From Blasia pusilla (lineage: Eukaryota), in assembly GCA_050084515.1 (NCBI GenBank), contig CM114271.1, positions 22,196,001 through 22,260,000 on the forward strand: a stretch of 64,000 bases of DNA, read 5' to 3'. Below are positions 39,001 to 52,916 of this stretch, piece by piece. How positions within the stretch are numbered: position 1 is the first letter of the stretch; each line of letters starts with the position of its first letter. Made by a program: the position numbers and the translations under genes. The notes beneath the pieces were generated by a model. It made no database searches and was not told where the DNA came from. It saw only the letters and a program-made list of their open reading frames with translations.

Positions 39001-42000
39001 GAAGAGGCAGTGCGGTCGATTAGTGCAACACCAACACTCCCGGCCGAGGAAAATCAGCGGTGTGGCTATCTATGACTGTGCGCGAGTCAAGTTTCTATGA
39101 ATCCATCATCTCTCCAACGTTTGGATCATCGTTACTATGATCAGCGGCGCGGCTATGACTGTGCGCGAGTCATGTTTTTGAACCTTTGGGATTCAGATGT
39201 TGAGTTTCGCTTGGAGACGGCGTTATCTCCTCTGCAGTGCGTCCTGTGCTCTTCAGTCTTAAGGGTTCTGATTTAGAGTTAAGTCCCCTTAGGAATGGCG
39301 AGCGGAACTGGCACGAAAAAAAACAAAAATAAATTTTGGAGCTGCAAGCGGGGCATGTGTGATCTCCCGAGATGGATCTTACGGTGACTCGGATGAGTGC
39401 GAAAGTGAGTGCTACGCCAAACACGCTTCGCGTGGGGACTGGAATCGTCGGCAGCATCATGAGGGAAGGAGGGGAATCGACTGGGCAGTGGGTCAACTTT
39501 GGGCCTGGAGGTCGGGTACAAGGGGCCTGCGAAAGCGAGGAGCTCTTAAGTGCAGGTAGAATTTTGATCATGTTTATGTGCGGTTATGCGCCGCGATTCA
39601 GGAATCGGGAGATCGCTCGAATACGCATGATCGGATCATCGGAGCTGGACTTGGGACCGGACCGAGTCCAAATTTGACCCGTAACGTCGATAGAAAGGAA
39701 GCAGGGGAAAAAAGGAAGCAGGGAGGAGAAACTGGGATCCAGGCGAGGTGACAGGAAGGAAGAAATCGTATTAATAATGTCGCAGAGCTGGTAGCGTCGC
39801 TCCACATTAAGGAGGGCGACGTATACGCACACGATCCAGTTGCGTGTCTGGCCCAGCAAAGCTGCAAGGGAGAAATTTAAGTAGACGGTACGGTTTCCAA
39901 TCAATGCACTTCAATTTTAACTGCAACTTATTCTCCAGCGTCTATCCTCGACAGCTCCCTGAGTCCCTGCTTGCCCTCTCGTAGCTGGCACCAATCTGCT
40001 CGTGAAACCCTGTGTCATTTATTTCCCGATCGTGACCTGCTAGCCTCCTCCTTTCTTCTTTTCGAGGCCTCAAGGCTCAAGGAGGTCCGTCCTTCCGCAA
40101 CTTCTTCTGACTCAACAAACCAAAGGCAAAATGGGTTATGAAAGCTGCAAGGCACGATCCAGGTTTAGTCCAATGCTTCCACCGCTCCTGTTTCGAAACA
40201 CCCAAACTGGAAACGAACAAACGAAGGCCGAGAGATGAAGGCACAACAATGAGTAATGTCGATCTATGATAGTAGGTGCAATAGTGTCAGTCGGTCAGAA
40301 ACGTGTGCGCTCGGGACGAAGTTATTCATTCATTATGAGGTGGAAATCTACGATATTCTCTCCCTCATTGCAAATCCGAGTGCAAACTTGCCTCGCGCAA
40401 AGAAGCAACCCTATCATTTATGAAGAGAATGAAGAAAGGGTGTCCACAGCAGTACATTGCCGTTAATAGGCCGGCAGCATGAAGGTCGATACTTTTCATC
40501 CGATCTTGAAAGATGAGTCCCTCAGCGAGATGAGTTACATACCCTGCTTTCCACGATCGAACTACGTCCTCATGATTGGCAACAGGTGAACATCTTAGAG
40601 ACACTCCATGTCCACCGTCTCCTCCTGCCTCCATAGTTGACCTTTCTTAGCCATGGAAGTGAGGTCAATCGACCATTCCTGACTCCCGAAAGCAAACCTT
40701 TAATTTTCTCTTATAAATCCTCTCTTAACGAATCTCCCAATTCTTACTTACTCCTCAATGTTTAAGAAAAGTTGTAATAAACGAGAGAGAAGAAGCTCAT
40801 TCATCGCTCAATTTGACATATGCATACTAAGGCATGACCAATTAAACCTCCCACAATGGATTGGTAAATTTCATTTTTCTTCAAGGATTCTTACATATGG
40901 AACCACCCATAATTCCCATGAATATGGAAAATCATGCCCTATGGAAAATCGAGGTTACCATGAAAGATGGAAAATTAAAATTGGACACTCTAGTCTCTGG
41001 TTTTAAACTTATAGGGTAATAATACATTGTCGAAAGACAACTTCATGAAAATAACTCTCTAGGTCGACCCCAAACTTGACTCACGAAAGTTGCAGTGCTA
41101 AAGGCGGATCAGAAGCTTCATGCGGAAGTACGCAAAGAACCGGAGAAAACACAAGAATTGATTGAAGCTCCAAAGTCGATCCCAAACTCCAAAGACTAAT
41201 GTAAAGATATAAATGTCGAAATCAAAAGGAGAGGTGTGTTTAAACTCTCCCATGATGTTACAAATGAGGGATCCATTTTCACGGAAGTATTTTATTTTTT
41301 TATTTTCCTTTGGATCCATTAGTCTCCCTTTCATATACTTCCAATGGATTCCTCGTCTTCTTTTATTCATTTGATGCATTGTTTTCACTTCCAATTGCTT
41401 CTCTAAATTTGAACTTCTTAAATAAAAGAAGTCTAGGAAAAACTTTGAAAAAAGAAAAACTCAGAAATGGTCTCAACTTCTAAAAGGGAACGGTTGAACA
41501 TGGCAATTGAGTAGTAGAAATCGTTTCAAACAACGCATGCAACCAAAACATGATTCCGAAGTCATGCATTAGACGGGTTCTACACTAGGAAGTAAGTACC
41601 GTGGAGGGAGGTGACCTTCTCTCCACAACCCAAATTCCAACCAAAAATTTGTCAGGCGTACTAAATGCAAGCACACAACTTCCATGCGCAAGACATGCAA
41701 GGGGCCTCACATGATTTGCAAATCATTCGAGAATTAGGAATGCTTCCGATGCAGTCGAAGCTTTCGGAAAACCTAATCCGCGAAACAGCACCAAAATGAG
41801 GATGGATACATTCCGATAACAACTACGAGAAGAGAGGAATCTGATACTCCGTCGGTCGGAACAGAGTGAGTCTAACGACGAGTGCACACGTGGCAGGAAC
41901 GACGAAACGAATCGCGCGCGTGGATCGAAGTGTGAGGAGCTCCCGAAGGCTCCCTCGGGTCACCTGTTAGGGCAGAGCCTTAAGTCATCCATCAATAACG

Positions 42001-44322
42001 ATGTGCGTGCCTCGGAGCCTGAGGCGTCCCTCTGGCCGTCCGATGCTCATCTCTTCCCTTCGACTACGAATAGATGACCTAAACGTCGCCACTGCCACTG
42101 TCGTCACCCGGAGATAGTTATGGTTGTCTACTACGATGACGAGACGTACGTACGTATGGCTTACCTTTCGTCACATGAGATATATACTATAGCGTTCGAT
42201 TCTCGTCCAACCATTTGCAATTGGGTACGTATGCACGTGTTACTCGCATGGTTTTATACTTGTTTTTTTTTTTTCCCATTCGCGCATTGTGAACGGGCTT
42301 CCTCTATATTTTAATGCATTTATTTGTATTTTTTTAATTTTTTTTTATTTGCATTCTTGGATTTTGCGGCGGGCTCAGGCTGTGAGAGACGTCGGCACTG
42401 GAGACCCACTTAGTAGTAGTCATAGTTCTTTTGTTGTTGCTGATATTATCTCTGCTGTTGGTGAGTTTAGTCGTTAGGGGGGGAATGCCCCCTCCTTCCT
42501 TTTCTGGTCCTGTTGTGGCCTTCAGGTTTTGATTCTTTGAGTCCCCCTCTTTTGTACTTCAGATGGGTTTTCCATCGCTCGTTTTTATCGAAGTGCATCT
42601 TTGATTTCTTTATTTAATTTGTGATCGTTGATTTTACCGTGTGAAAATAAAGTTGAAGTGTCGGGACGCAAATCTACCAAAGGCAATGGAGTAGTATTCG
42701 CGCTGGATGGAGATGCTTTTGCTATTGGCGCATGCTACTAAGTGAGAGAACATCTATATAGATTCATCGCCTGTGCTCACCGAAGGCCTTACTTAGGCAG
42801 TTTCGTTATGACACGATTCCGATTCCATTGGAAATGGACGGAGGGGTAACGTCGTTTTACGTAGACAGAGATAGCAGAGTTCGATTCGGATGGCGAGGAT
42901 GTAGGGGTCTACCACTTAGGTACAGGTGGCTACAGGATGTAAATATGGAGAATGTGTTTTGACCTGCTGGAGCTTACCGGAGGTCGCGAACCACACAAGA
43001 CCAGTGGGCGCGCACCTCCCGGTAACCTGTGTTCAGTTGAGAATTGCGCGACCGGGTGAGAGTGATTTCAGTGTACAGAGCAGGACGGGTCCACAAGAAC
43101 GTCCACATTCTGTCAGTTTGGACGAGAGCATGCGTAGGATGTAAGGGACTGCATGCGCTTCGGTTTTCATGCCGCCAACGAGTTCCAGGACGGCTTTTTT
43201 TCGGCCACCCCCATGTCGAATCGCGGAGGCGTCTTCGAACCTGAGCTCCGTAGGTCGGCCAGGGTTGCGCTCGCGGCACGGTCAGTTGATCGGGTGCCGA
43301 GGTCGGAACACGAGCGGATCCCTCGTCGTGCTTACTTAGTGGCGCTCGGATTGACGAGATCGTTCCCACGTGGGGAAGGTGCGGCTGGGGGGAGGGCCGG
43401 AATGCCATCGTTCTTGAGGTGCATGGTGCCATGGAAGCGAGGTAGTGACGCTTCCAATGGAAGACGGTGAGTCAGGGCAGATTATCGCTATGGAAGACGG
43501 TGGGTCAGACCATAATATCATCCCTGGCAGAGGAGAGGGAGGGGCGTTTAACATTTAGGGTGTCAATGCATCAGTCAGGTGGGGGAGATCGCGTGTGTTA
43601 ACGGCACCCGTTGGAGGACCGGGGACCGGCTTTCCAATCAATCACACCATGCATCATTGCAAAAAAAAAATCATCTCGCCATTCTGTTATGAGGAATATA
43701 GACGTTTGACCCATAGGTAAGTACAATCCAACGACTATCCCAGACGTAGGAGGGCTGGCGTTTAAGACCAGGACACAGTAAATCCTAAGAACAATTTAAT
43801 GACCATAGTACACATCGTACAGACCAAGAGTTGTTTCCATCAATGCTCGTCAGGCAACACAGCTTTTGCTCGAGATTTGCCTCTCCATGCCATTTTAGCT
43901 GGAAATAATTTCGTCTACATACACACTTTTTCCTACCATCTGTGTTGGCAACCTTATCTCCATCCACTGGGAACACATCGGGCCGATTCCAGTGAGAATT
44001 CCTGCCCTGGCTCAACTACTGTTCTATCTTCTCCCTTCACATACCGACCGGGGGGCTGGTTAGAATCAGCCAGAAATTCCTACCTACTAAGTAATGCGTA
44101 TCTACTACCATCTACCCTAACCCTACGGCCAGGGCGGAGCATGTCATGAATTTGCAATATGCGACGACGAAACCAGATTATATATATTCTTACAAGGGAC
44201 CGTGGGTGGTGGTGGTGGCCTCATCCGAACCGCACTATCAAAACTGCACTCCATCCATCCTCGACTCATCCACTCCCCTCGGATTTTAGATGGGATCAAA
44301 GCAGAAGAAGCACCATGCTTTC

Positions 44323-45573
44323 TCAATGGTGTAATTCGGGATTTAGACAATCAAAGACCGGTCGAGTGTCCTCGCTGCCACTCCTGCCCGGGCAGTCGCT
44401 TTGCAACGGAGGCAAGCCACAGTTGAACTGGAAACAGAGCGTCACATCCGATGGAAAGCTCATACCCGGTAGCAAATTAGACAATCCGATCAGGTAGTTG
44501 TGCTGCAGGTACAGAGTCTCAACCACCGCCGTCTGCAAATTGGCGGCGTAAACCGGAGGCACCATCCCGCTGAAGCGATTGTCGTTCAGATACAACGTCT
44601 TCACTCGAGCCAGAGCCGTGGGCACTTCCCCGGAGAAGTTGTTGTAGCTGAGGTCCACCACGGGGATGCTGCACGGCGTGGGAATCGCCAGATTTCCCGA
44701 TAGCTTGTTGCGATCCAGCAGCAGGTATTGCAGCGGGAAAGTGAACACCTCCACGGGCAAGTACCCCGTCAGCTCGTTGGAGCTCACGTCCAGATACGTT
44801 AGGCTGCGTAGACCTGATAAGCGCTCGGCCCCGCCGGTTATCCTGTTGTTCGCGAGACTGAGATATTCCAGACCCGCTGGGAGCAACGGTAACCTGCCGG
44901 TGAGCTCGTTCGAGGTGAGGTCCAGATGCCTCAGGGAGTACGCCGACGAGAAATCCGGTACGGCGTCGGTCAGCTGATTCCCGGCCAGCGACAGCGTCGA
45001 GAGCGACGGCAGCTGGCCGAAGCCCGAGGGGATCTGTCCGGACAGGTAGTTCCCGGTTAAAATGACGCTCTGGAGGCGATTGAGATACGACACGGACCAG
45101 GGAATGCCGCCGGTGAACCGGTTCCCGAAGAGACCCAAGAACTGCAGCCTCCACAGAGAGCCCAACGTCGAGGGAATGGGACCGCCGACGATTCCGGGCA
45201 CAATTGAGAACTGAGACAGAGCCGTCAGGTTTCCGACGGCAGGAGACAGGGAGCCACTGAGCCCAGGAGATCCAGCCGTTTGTTCACCGATGTATAGCAA
45301 AACCACGCGAGTGACGCCGTCGACCTGATCGCACTGAACCCCCTCGAACGAACAAGGATCCTGTGCGAAATTCCACGAAGAGAAGAAGTTGGATCCGGGA
45401 AGATCGTCCAAATTGTTCCGAATCTCCCTCAGCGCATCTACGTCGGTCGAAAGCAACTGCGCTGTGCATGGAGACCACGCAGCTGTGCCCAACAGAACCC
45501 AAATCAACACACGGTGAAAAGCAGAGATGACGCCGGATTTCCTGTCGCAAGAGCGGAAAACCTGGCGTGCCAT
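44323..45573 (-). CDS. Single-exon secreted leucine-rich repeat protein (plant eLRR, no TM or kinase domain), 416 aa
   Basis: ATG at 45573 (the track ORF starts upstream at a non-ATG codon). Hydrophobic signal-like stretch, LRRNT LDDLPGSNFFSSWNFAQDPCSFEGVQC, about 10 LxxLxLxxNxLxGxIP repeats and a Cys-containing C-cap. Confidence 0.95.
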   Translation of the reverse strand: MARQVFRSCDRKSGVISAFHRVLIWVLLGTAAWSPCTAQLLSTDVDALREIRNNLDDLPGSNFFSSWNFAQDPCSFEGVQCDQVDGVTRVVLLYIGEQTAGSPGLSGSLSPAVGNLTALSQFSIVPGIVGGPIPSTLGSLWRLQFLGLFGNRFTGGIPWSVSYLNRLQSVILTGNYLSGQIPSGFGQLPSLSTLSLAGNQLTDAVPDFSSAYSLRHLDLTSNELTGRLPLLPAGLEYLSLANNRITGGAERLSGLRSLTYLDVSSNELTGYLPVEVFTFPLQYLLLDRNKLSGNLAIPTPCSIPVVDLSYNNFSGEVPTALARVKTLYLNDNRFSGMVPPVYAANLQTAVVETLYLQHNYLIGLSNLLPGMSFPSDVTLCFQFNCGLPPLQSDCPGRSGSEDTRPVFDCLNPELHH

Positions 45574-46038
45574 GGCCGGATGCGGCGGAAATTGTCTGCT
45601 TTGGTTGAAATCAATCCTATCGGAAACAATTATTGCAAGCAGCCGTCTGGACAGTACCACCGCTCATGCAGCCAACGTTCCGCAATTGCACCTGTGCATT
45701 CGTAATTGACTGATATCTCCTAAAGGTGAGGAGAGCGAGCGACGGCTACTACTCCCCGGCGAACCTCTCCTTCCCTTCCCTATCACGACCACGAGGAAAT
45801 TTCAAGTGCAGTAGTGAGAGTAAATTGCACAGCTCAGCTTAGAAAACCGGAATCTGGGCCCTGCGAGAGTCGGATGCTTGAAGCTTCACGAGTTGGCGAG
45901 GAATCTGTGGCGAATGTCGGCTGGATACCGAGCCCCCGACGACGCTAGTCGGCGCAATTTCCCGCAGAATGAGCACAAAGAGCTACACCCGGCAACTTGC
46001 CAAGAAAATAATCCTTTCTGCAGACGGCATTAAATCGA

Positions 46039-46095
46039 CTCTTCCTCGCTCCTTCACACAATACAACTCTTCCTCGCTCCTTCACACAGTACAAC
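46039..46095. repeat. 28-bp tandem duplication upstream of the LRR gene
   Basis: ACTCTTCCTCGCTCCTTCACACA(A/G)TACA occurs twice. Confidence 0.85.
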
Positions 46096-46299
46096 AGTTC
46101 CCCCTAACACCTAGAAGGCCCAATCAAGACGTTGGAGCGTAAAGGCTGAGTGGGCCCAACCGTTGCACCCCTCAAACGCCTCCCAAATCCTCTTGCGCAA
46201 TTTTTGACTTACAATCTTGGAAAGCCTACAAATATCCTTGGAAAATCCCTAGTGTACGTAAATGCCTATAGTTATGCGTAGTAAGATGTACAGAATCAA

Positions 46300-49200
46300 G
46301 TCTCTATGTACTTACGGATCAGAAAAAAATAAAATCCGTGGCTATACTTCCCTCGTAGGACTGCTCCTGGCTAGAGCTTCGCACCGGTGAGATGTATCAA
46401 CTTGATCAGAAAGGGTGGAAACAATCTTCCAGTAGCATGAACAGCCTGTGATCGATTTCACAAAACGCGTCCCTGCACTTTGGAATCCGAAGCAGGTATC
46501 CAGCGACTTCCTCCTAGGATGAAGCAGCTTATGTGAAGGAAGGAGAGTGCAGAGCATCGCTGAATCTTGAAAACAGAAAATTACACTCTCCCGATGAACA
46601 TTTCGCAGGTTGCCCTGTCCGTTAGACCTCAGAAGTTCGTATAGAAGAAGACTACCGTAGCCACCACCTTCTCTGTCCTCCGAGAATTAAGAAGGGGCGA
46701 ATGTACACTAATCCACCGGCATTCGACCGAGGAGCACAGAAAATCCTCCAGCAGTAACGATCGAGGGTGACAGGTGCGGAAAATGTCCAGAATCTTGATT
46801 GTTCAGCCTCAGCTCAGCCACGCAATGCCACGGACAAGCCCGTTCGCAAGGGCTTCCGAACAATCCCGAACCACCCTGCTAACTTGCATATGCGGTCTCT
46901 TCTTCCAGCTTCTAGGAGATGATCTGTGACAGCATCTCCTCTCTACAACCTGCTCAATCTCTATCTACGTTGCGCTTCTCTGGGCAAGCTTTACCAATGG
47001 CATCCGGCCACCCGGAGCAAGGAGCCTCCGGGCTGATGAAATCCTCGCTCTAGCCGTCTGTGTGCACATTCCTCGTTGCCTATCGGGTCTCTCTCCCGAC
47101 TTGGAAGAAGGAAATGGGCTGAGATGACACCCTCACGCGTCTCTGTATTCGCAGTCGACTTTCTTGAGCAGTGCGCCCAGTTCCTCCTTCACCGACAAGA
47201 CACTGCAGCCCTACCATGGTCGCAGTCAAACCCTCTTCCTCACACGACTGCGTCCAACTGAGCTCACGACCGAACTTCCAATGACGCAAAAGCGTTACAC
47301 ATGTTTCATGAACACACAGTAGTAATCCCGTACGGTAAACGAGAGCGCCAGCCAAATATTGAGAGGACCGTTAAATATAGCACACCGACATATCATGAAG
47401 GGAGACATTATTACTGCGCGACGACCACAAGCTTAGAACAGTTTCATTATCATCGATTCGACATTCAACAAACCTCCGCTGAGTCCGCTCCACGCCCATC
47501 TGTTTGTTAGCGGTCGTGATATTTTCGAGCTTAGTTAGGAATTCCTTACTGGTTGTAGAAATTTTGGAGATCCCCTTGGAAATTTCGGAGCCTCTAAAAT
47601 CTGCTCACCTGGGAGGCTGGGAATTACGAGGTCCGCGCGACGAGTCCGACGAACGGACAGCAAAGCATTCATTCGGCGGTGAGAAGATACAAAAGATGTA
47701 GCCGAGACAGCTCTCTTCTGTCAGTGCTCTGCTGTTCGGGGAAGTCGAGGGTTGGAAGCTCATAGAACCGAGCTCCAAATTCTTGCAACAGGCTCCCAAG
47801 GCCAGTGGCGATCCGGGAAACTCGCTGTTCGCTATCCATCCCTCGCACGAGTGGGGGCCCAAGCATCTTTAGTAGAAGTTTCCGTTTGGGTTCTGGAATA
47901 GGCATCCCATTCTTTTCTATTTCCCCAAGGTAGCTTTCTCCGAATCGGGAAGTTTCGAGGGTTTGGAGTGGTGGTAGATCATTAGGGTAAGTGGTCAGAG
48001 GACTGGGTCCGGACGGGGGGGGGGACCGCATTCCGGAACTTCAGTCGATTATGGCCAGCAGCTTGCACTCGAGATTGAGCTGTAATAATAAGCTTGGTTG
48101 GCATTGTACTGCCGAGTAGATCGACTGATTCAGTGATGCAGTATTTCTTTAAACATGCCTGAAAATCGTTCTTCCTTCACTAGCGGACAGAAATAAACTT
48201 AGCCTTAGAATGGTGTATCCAGAACCACTGATTATTGGAAATTTCCCATGCGAATCGATTACAGGCAGCCGTGAGGAAACCATGTCTTCCTCGTCTGCAA
48301 CGAACGGCTTATGTGAAGGCCTCGGGGAACGACTTCGTCGCGAAGCGGATATCGAGATTGATGGCGCTTTGGCCCAAGTTGGAGGTGGTGATCCTAAAGC
48401 GTGGAAGGGCCGCTCAACCGTGTTTTTGCCCCTAAGGTGTTCATTATGGAGTGTGTGTCAATATGCAGCCTACTTGAATAATGTACGCTGCCAGTGAGAG
48501 ACGATATACACACAAAAGTGCCCACCGTTCAAGTTTCTCGCCGTAGCTTCATTAAGAGGAGCGTCAAGGAGAAGTTTCTCAGCCTGCAGCCTTTCCAACT
48601 CTTCTTGTTTCAGGTGAACAGAGAATGCGATTTCGTGCAACCTCATACAGGCAGTTCGCTGTCTGCGCAACCAGTGCGAAAACCGTGTAACTTCTCGAAG
48701 AAGCTAACGTTCTCCTGTAACGCTTCAAGAACATCCGAAGTGCCTACAACGCTTGCACTACAGTACCCGCAGTCCGTTTGTGACGCATCGTCGCTCTTTC
48801 TGTAGTGTACGACCCGAGCTCCATCAGGCGTTGACGACCATATCGCCGAAAGATACTCCCATCTGTGGTGTAGACATTTTGAAGCGGATTGACGAATGCG
48901 CTTTGTCCAGATGACGCGACAGTTGGTCCCCGCCCGAGTTCCAGCGCATGTCTGGCTGCCTTTCTCGTAAAGGTTACGGCACTTGGTCAACCCTTAAGAA
49001 TGGAGCCGGTTGAAATTTGGCAGGCGTCTCTCCTCCGCCCTCTGCCTTTTTAATGCCTGCGAAATATCGCAAGTTTAGAGAATGTGAGTATGCCATTCCG
49101 CTGTGAATTTTATGCTCTTCACGTGTGGGCCCGTGGAACGCTCGACGATCGACGATCGGATCTTGGCGTTCCCATGCTATAATCCTCGTGAAGTGATCCC

Positions 49201-52200
49201 CCCCAATCGGCGGGATCGGGCCTGGAGACCTCCACAAGTGCAAGAAAATGAATTTTGAATTGTATATCCGAGAGAATTTAATGAGTGCGAAAACCACATC
49301 CGGACTTTTAATCGATGCAAACGGAGTGGACGAAAAGCGCTATGATACCTCGCGGTCCGTGTCGAGCTCACAACCGCTCGAACGCACTCATGAATCATCA
49401 CCGTACGGAAAGTTTTTCTTCAGCATTGCGCGAGGTGGTGAATATACAGGATCCGTGTGCTGGATATGGGTTTTTGACTTATCCAGCACTTACTCGAATC
49501 TCCACTCGAAAATTCTCCTCCTCGATCATCACGGAGTAGGAAGTTCTTCGTCAACACCTTACTGTACGAGCGACGCATCGGTGCTGAACTTCTCCGTCAA
49601 CTTGTGCAGCGCCTTGGGAAGTGTTTTCGGAAATTTGACGACGCTCAGTTCCACAGTTGTTTTAAGACTAGTTATTGGTCATCGGCAGTGACAGGAAGCT
49701 CTACTTGAAAGCTCTATATTTTTTACGTTTCGTTGCACGAACACCTCGGCGATGGATCGACGGAGTGAAATAGCTCTCCCGAACTGTCAAATCATAATAA
49801 CAGGCGCGTCGCAGTCACATCTCATGAGTTCAGAGATCCGTGCACATTTCTCGCAATACTTCGCAGAACTGCCGGTCAGAACATGTGCCCTTGTTCTGAC
49901 CGGCCTCCTACATCCAAATACACTGCTAGAGTTTTCATCTCAGAACTGCCGTTCTGGTCAGCAGCTTAACGAAAGATTTCATCAAACGACCACTCGATTT
50001 AACACGATATACTCACTACTGGTGCTCCGATCGTCTTGCTGGGAAAAAGTACTCTGTGTAATGCGACACTATTTATCGCACAACTAGCTCTTGGCTGAAC
50101 GAACCCCTGAAGACACGGACTCTGCGTCACAGATATGTCTACGCTATCCAAATATAAGATTCTACGGAAGAGTGTTTAGTCACCTGTTCCGTTCTAGGGA
50201 TCCAACTCGCACGCAGGAGGAACTTCCCATGGTTTCTGGCAGCGCCACCACTGCCTTTGGAGGAAACGCGGTGTGCATGTTGTTGTGACTCAGTTCCATC
50301 CTAAATTGTCGATACCGTCTTAGACTATTGACTGGTAATGGGAGAATTGACTCCATACGTGAAAAGAGCAGACCGACTCGAAGCTTTAACAGCATGCAAT
50401 GATTCAATGACGAGATATTGATCGCCTTCTGAAGTTCTGAGAGCTCTCTCCTTCACTAAGTAATCAGCTCTTCATTCGCAATAAAGACCTGTCGTCTTTT
50501 TCCACTCTTTTGAATTACCAGCCCATCGACTTTCGGTGTGAATGGTGACAGCAACTGAGCAACCAGCTCCGCCTGTCCTGTCTGTCCTGAGTGCATAGCT
50601 GTCGTGTATGGAAAGTGATGTAGGAACTTTTACCGTCACGCTTCGGACACGAGGAAGGAAGGACCAGATCAACTTCGAGCACAGCACCATCATTTTGGCC
50701 GAGAGCGTGCGCTGTAAGCACTCGCATGATCGGGAGTCATCAGTAACACACATGGCCGTCCACTTTTAGGGTTCTGACCAGACAGGGCAAGCGCAACCGA
50801 GAGTCCAGAAGTGGCAAGAACATTTCAACTTCTTACTTCCCAGGCAACGGAATGGGAATTGCGTTCTAGAGAACGGATTTCTTAACAGTGTTCCTCTTGG
50901 AAAGTTGACGAACATTCCATCGCTATCCGTTTCCTTGCACTCAGGTCTTCCTGTCCCCCGGGTATTACCGGGACAGCCGCGAAAAGGCGCCAATGGTGCG
51001 AAAAGGTTGTCGATTTCGAATTATTCGTAACGAAGTTGTCTTCGAATGCAGTCATCGGACTACACTCGATTAGGACTCCCCCCGTATCTATGGGACCCCC
51101 GATTAGAGATGATTTAATTCGATTCAGGAGCGCATGTCGATATTCCCACGATATTCCCACATTCTCCCTCCAAGGAAGGATGAGTAATTTTTTTTCGTCG
51201 AGGATGACATGGAACCAGGAAAGGAAAGCGATTGGGACCCGTACAATAATGAAGATTTTGCTCGACATTACACCGATTTCGTGAGGTCGAAGAAATGAAG
51301 CTCCATACAACGCATGAAAAGGACGTTAGCTTTGTCTCCTTGCATCACGTGGAAAGCTCGACGAATTTTCCGTGGATCAAAAGTGCGAGAAAGGCCAGAG
51401 AAGCGATTTGGAGCCATATGGAAGGCCGACAGAGGATTTTTCAAGCAGCCACATCGACTTTGGCTACATGAGGAAATCAAGCTATGCAGCAATCAGCAGC
51501 AGCATTGCAGAACGCATGAAACTGTGACGATTTTCCGTCTCGTAGCACAGGGCCCCCATACGAGTGACGACCTTTTCATTCTATTTTTGAACTCACCAAA
51601 AGAAGGGGCAGGGGGGGGATCCCCGAAGCAAGGCCTCGTCGCTTTTCAGATCTGGTACTAGAATAGGCCATCCTCTCTTTTTTTCTTTTCCATGCACTTC
51701 CTTTGTCCCTTGGGAGCCAAACACTTCAGGTGCCAATTTGCCAATACGCCATGTGCCGGAAAGAATTTACGCAGAGCGTCGTCAGCTTTGGGACGATAAA
51801 GGAGACGCAATGACTGCAGCATTGATGGCGAAGACTGCAGCATTTATGGCTTCAACCTGTGACCTTGTTCCCCATACTTGCACGCATCTCATTCATTGTG
51901 AACTAAACACTGAGGACACCACTATTTAACTCCGTGCATATGCTGTAGCACGCGGATGTAGAGATTGTACTATGAAGAGCACCTCTCAACGGAAGACGAC
52001 AGAAAGCAAGGTTCGATTATGGGCAACTCCTCTCTTAGGCTCTCAAGAGAAAAAAGAATGAATGACCTGCTATAGAGGGTTCCTAGTTTGTACGTTACCT
52101 GTGAAAGCAGGTTCCTGTGGTAAACTGGCTAATGCGGCTCGTGCACGTCCTCTTGACAGATACTCCACCAACACATTTATTACCGGATCTCAACGCACGA

Positions 52201-52250
52201 AGAATTGAAAGGATCTTTGGTTGGGAGTTTAGACGCGAGTGAGGATGTCG
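46300..52250 (-). mobile_element. Highly degenerate L1-type LINE
   Basis: Colinear relics: knuckle-like region ~50590, RSPGP (KSPGPDG-like) ~49220, RT-like blocks 48650-48800, W.K...PIP-like block ~47900. Many stops; boundaries approximate. Confidence 0.55.
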
Positions 52251-52735
52251 CGGCGGCGACGGGGTCTCCCCGTACTGTAGTTACGTCAGTCTCGCTCTGA
52301 CGGAGCCATGTGAACGGAGTCCTAAAAATGTACGTCTGTTGACGTCGTTAACAGCTGCACGTTCAATACAATACGACGACATTGCGCATCTTCCGCTCAC
52401 AACGAACAGGGAACATCACCTCTTCCGAAGTTCCGAACCTAGCGATTATTTATCCGAGGTTGAGTTAGTTAACCCTCCGCCAAATTCGGAATTTTCTTCC
52501 CAAATAAAGATTAAAATTCTATCTTCTCCTCACTAACGTGCAAGAGATTGTGGCACAATGGGCAACTCCTCCTTTCGGCAGTTGGACATGAGTCGAGTCC
52601 CGTTGAGAAGTCCAGTTTTGCCCAAGCGCCCCTCCCCGTTTGACTGGACTCTCACCCTCCCCGACCACATCCGAAGATAAATTCGCAAAAGGTTTTCGAA
52701 ACATCGGAGTCTCACGAACTAGCACTAATAGAGCA

Positions 52736-52916
52736 TTAGCCGGTGCCCGTGCGATGCACGGGTGAAACCGGCCCCGTCCCCCTTAACTTAATTGTTAGCT
52801 CCTAACTATTAACTCCTATTAAACCCTCCGCATGTCAGCACGGGAAGGGCCTAAAATGCATATGTGTCAAGCTGAGGAAGCCCATCCTGAAATCCAGACT
52901 TTTTTAATAGTATAGA
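52736..52916 (-). mobile_element. Complete 181-bp non-autonomous Helitron
   Basis: A|TCTATACTATTAAAAAAG 5' end at 52916, 3' hairpin CCCGTGC-ATC-GCACGGG (52762-52746), then CTAA|T at 52739-52735. All Helitron terminal hallmarks are present and there is no TSD. Confidence 0.88.

Noticed and set aside
44500-45154. Antisense and alternate-frame ORFs over the LRR gene
   Set aside because: Expected shadows of a GC-rich coding sequence.
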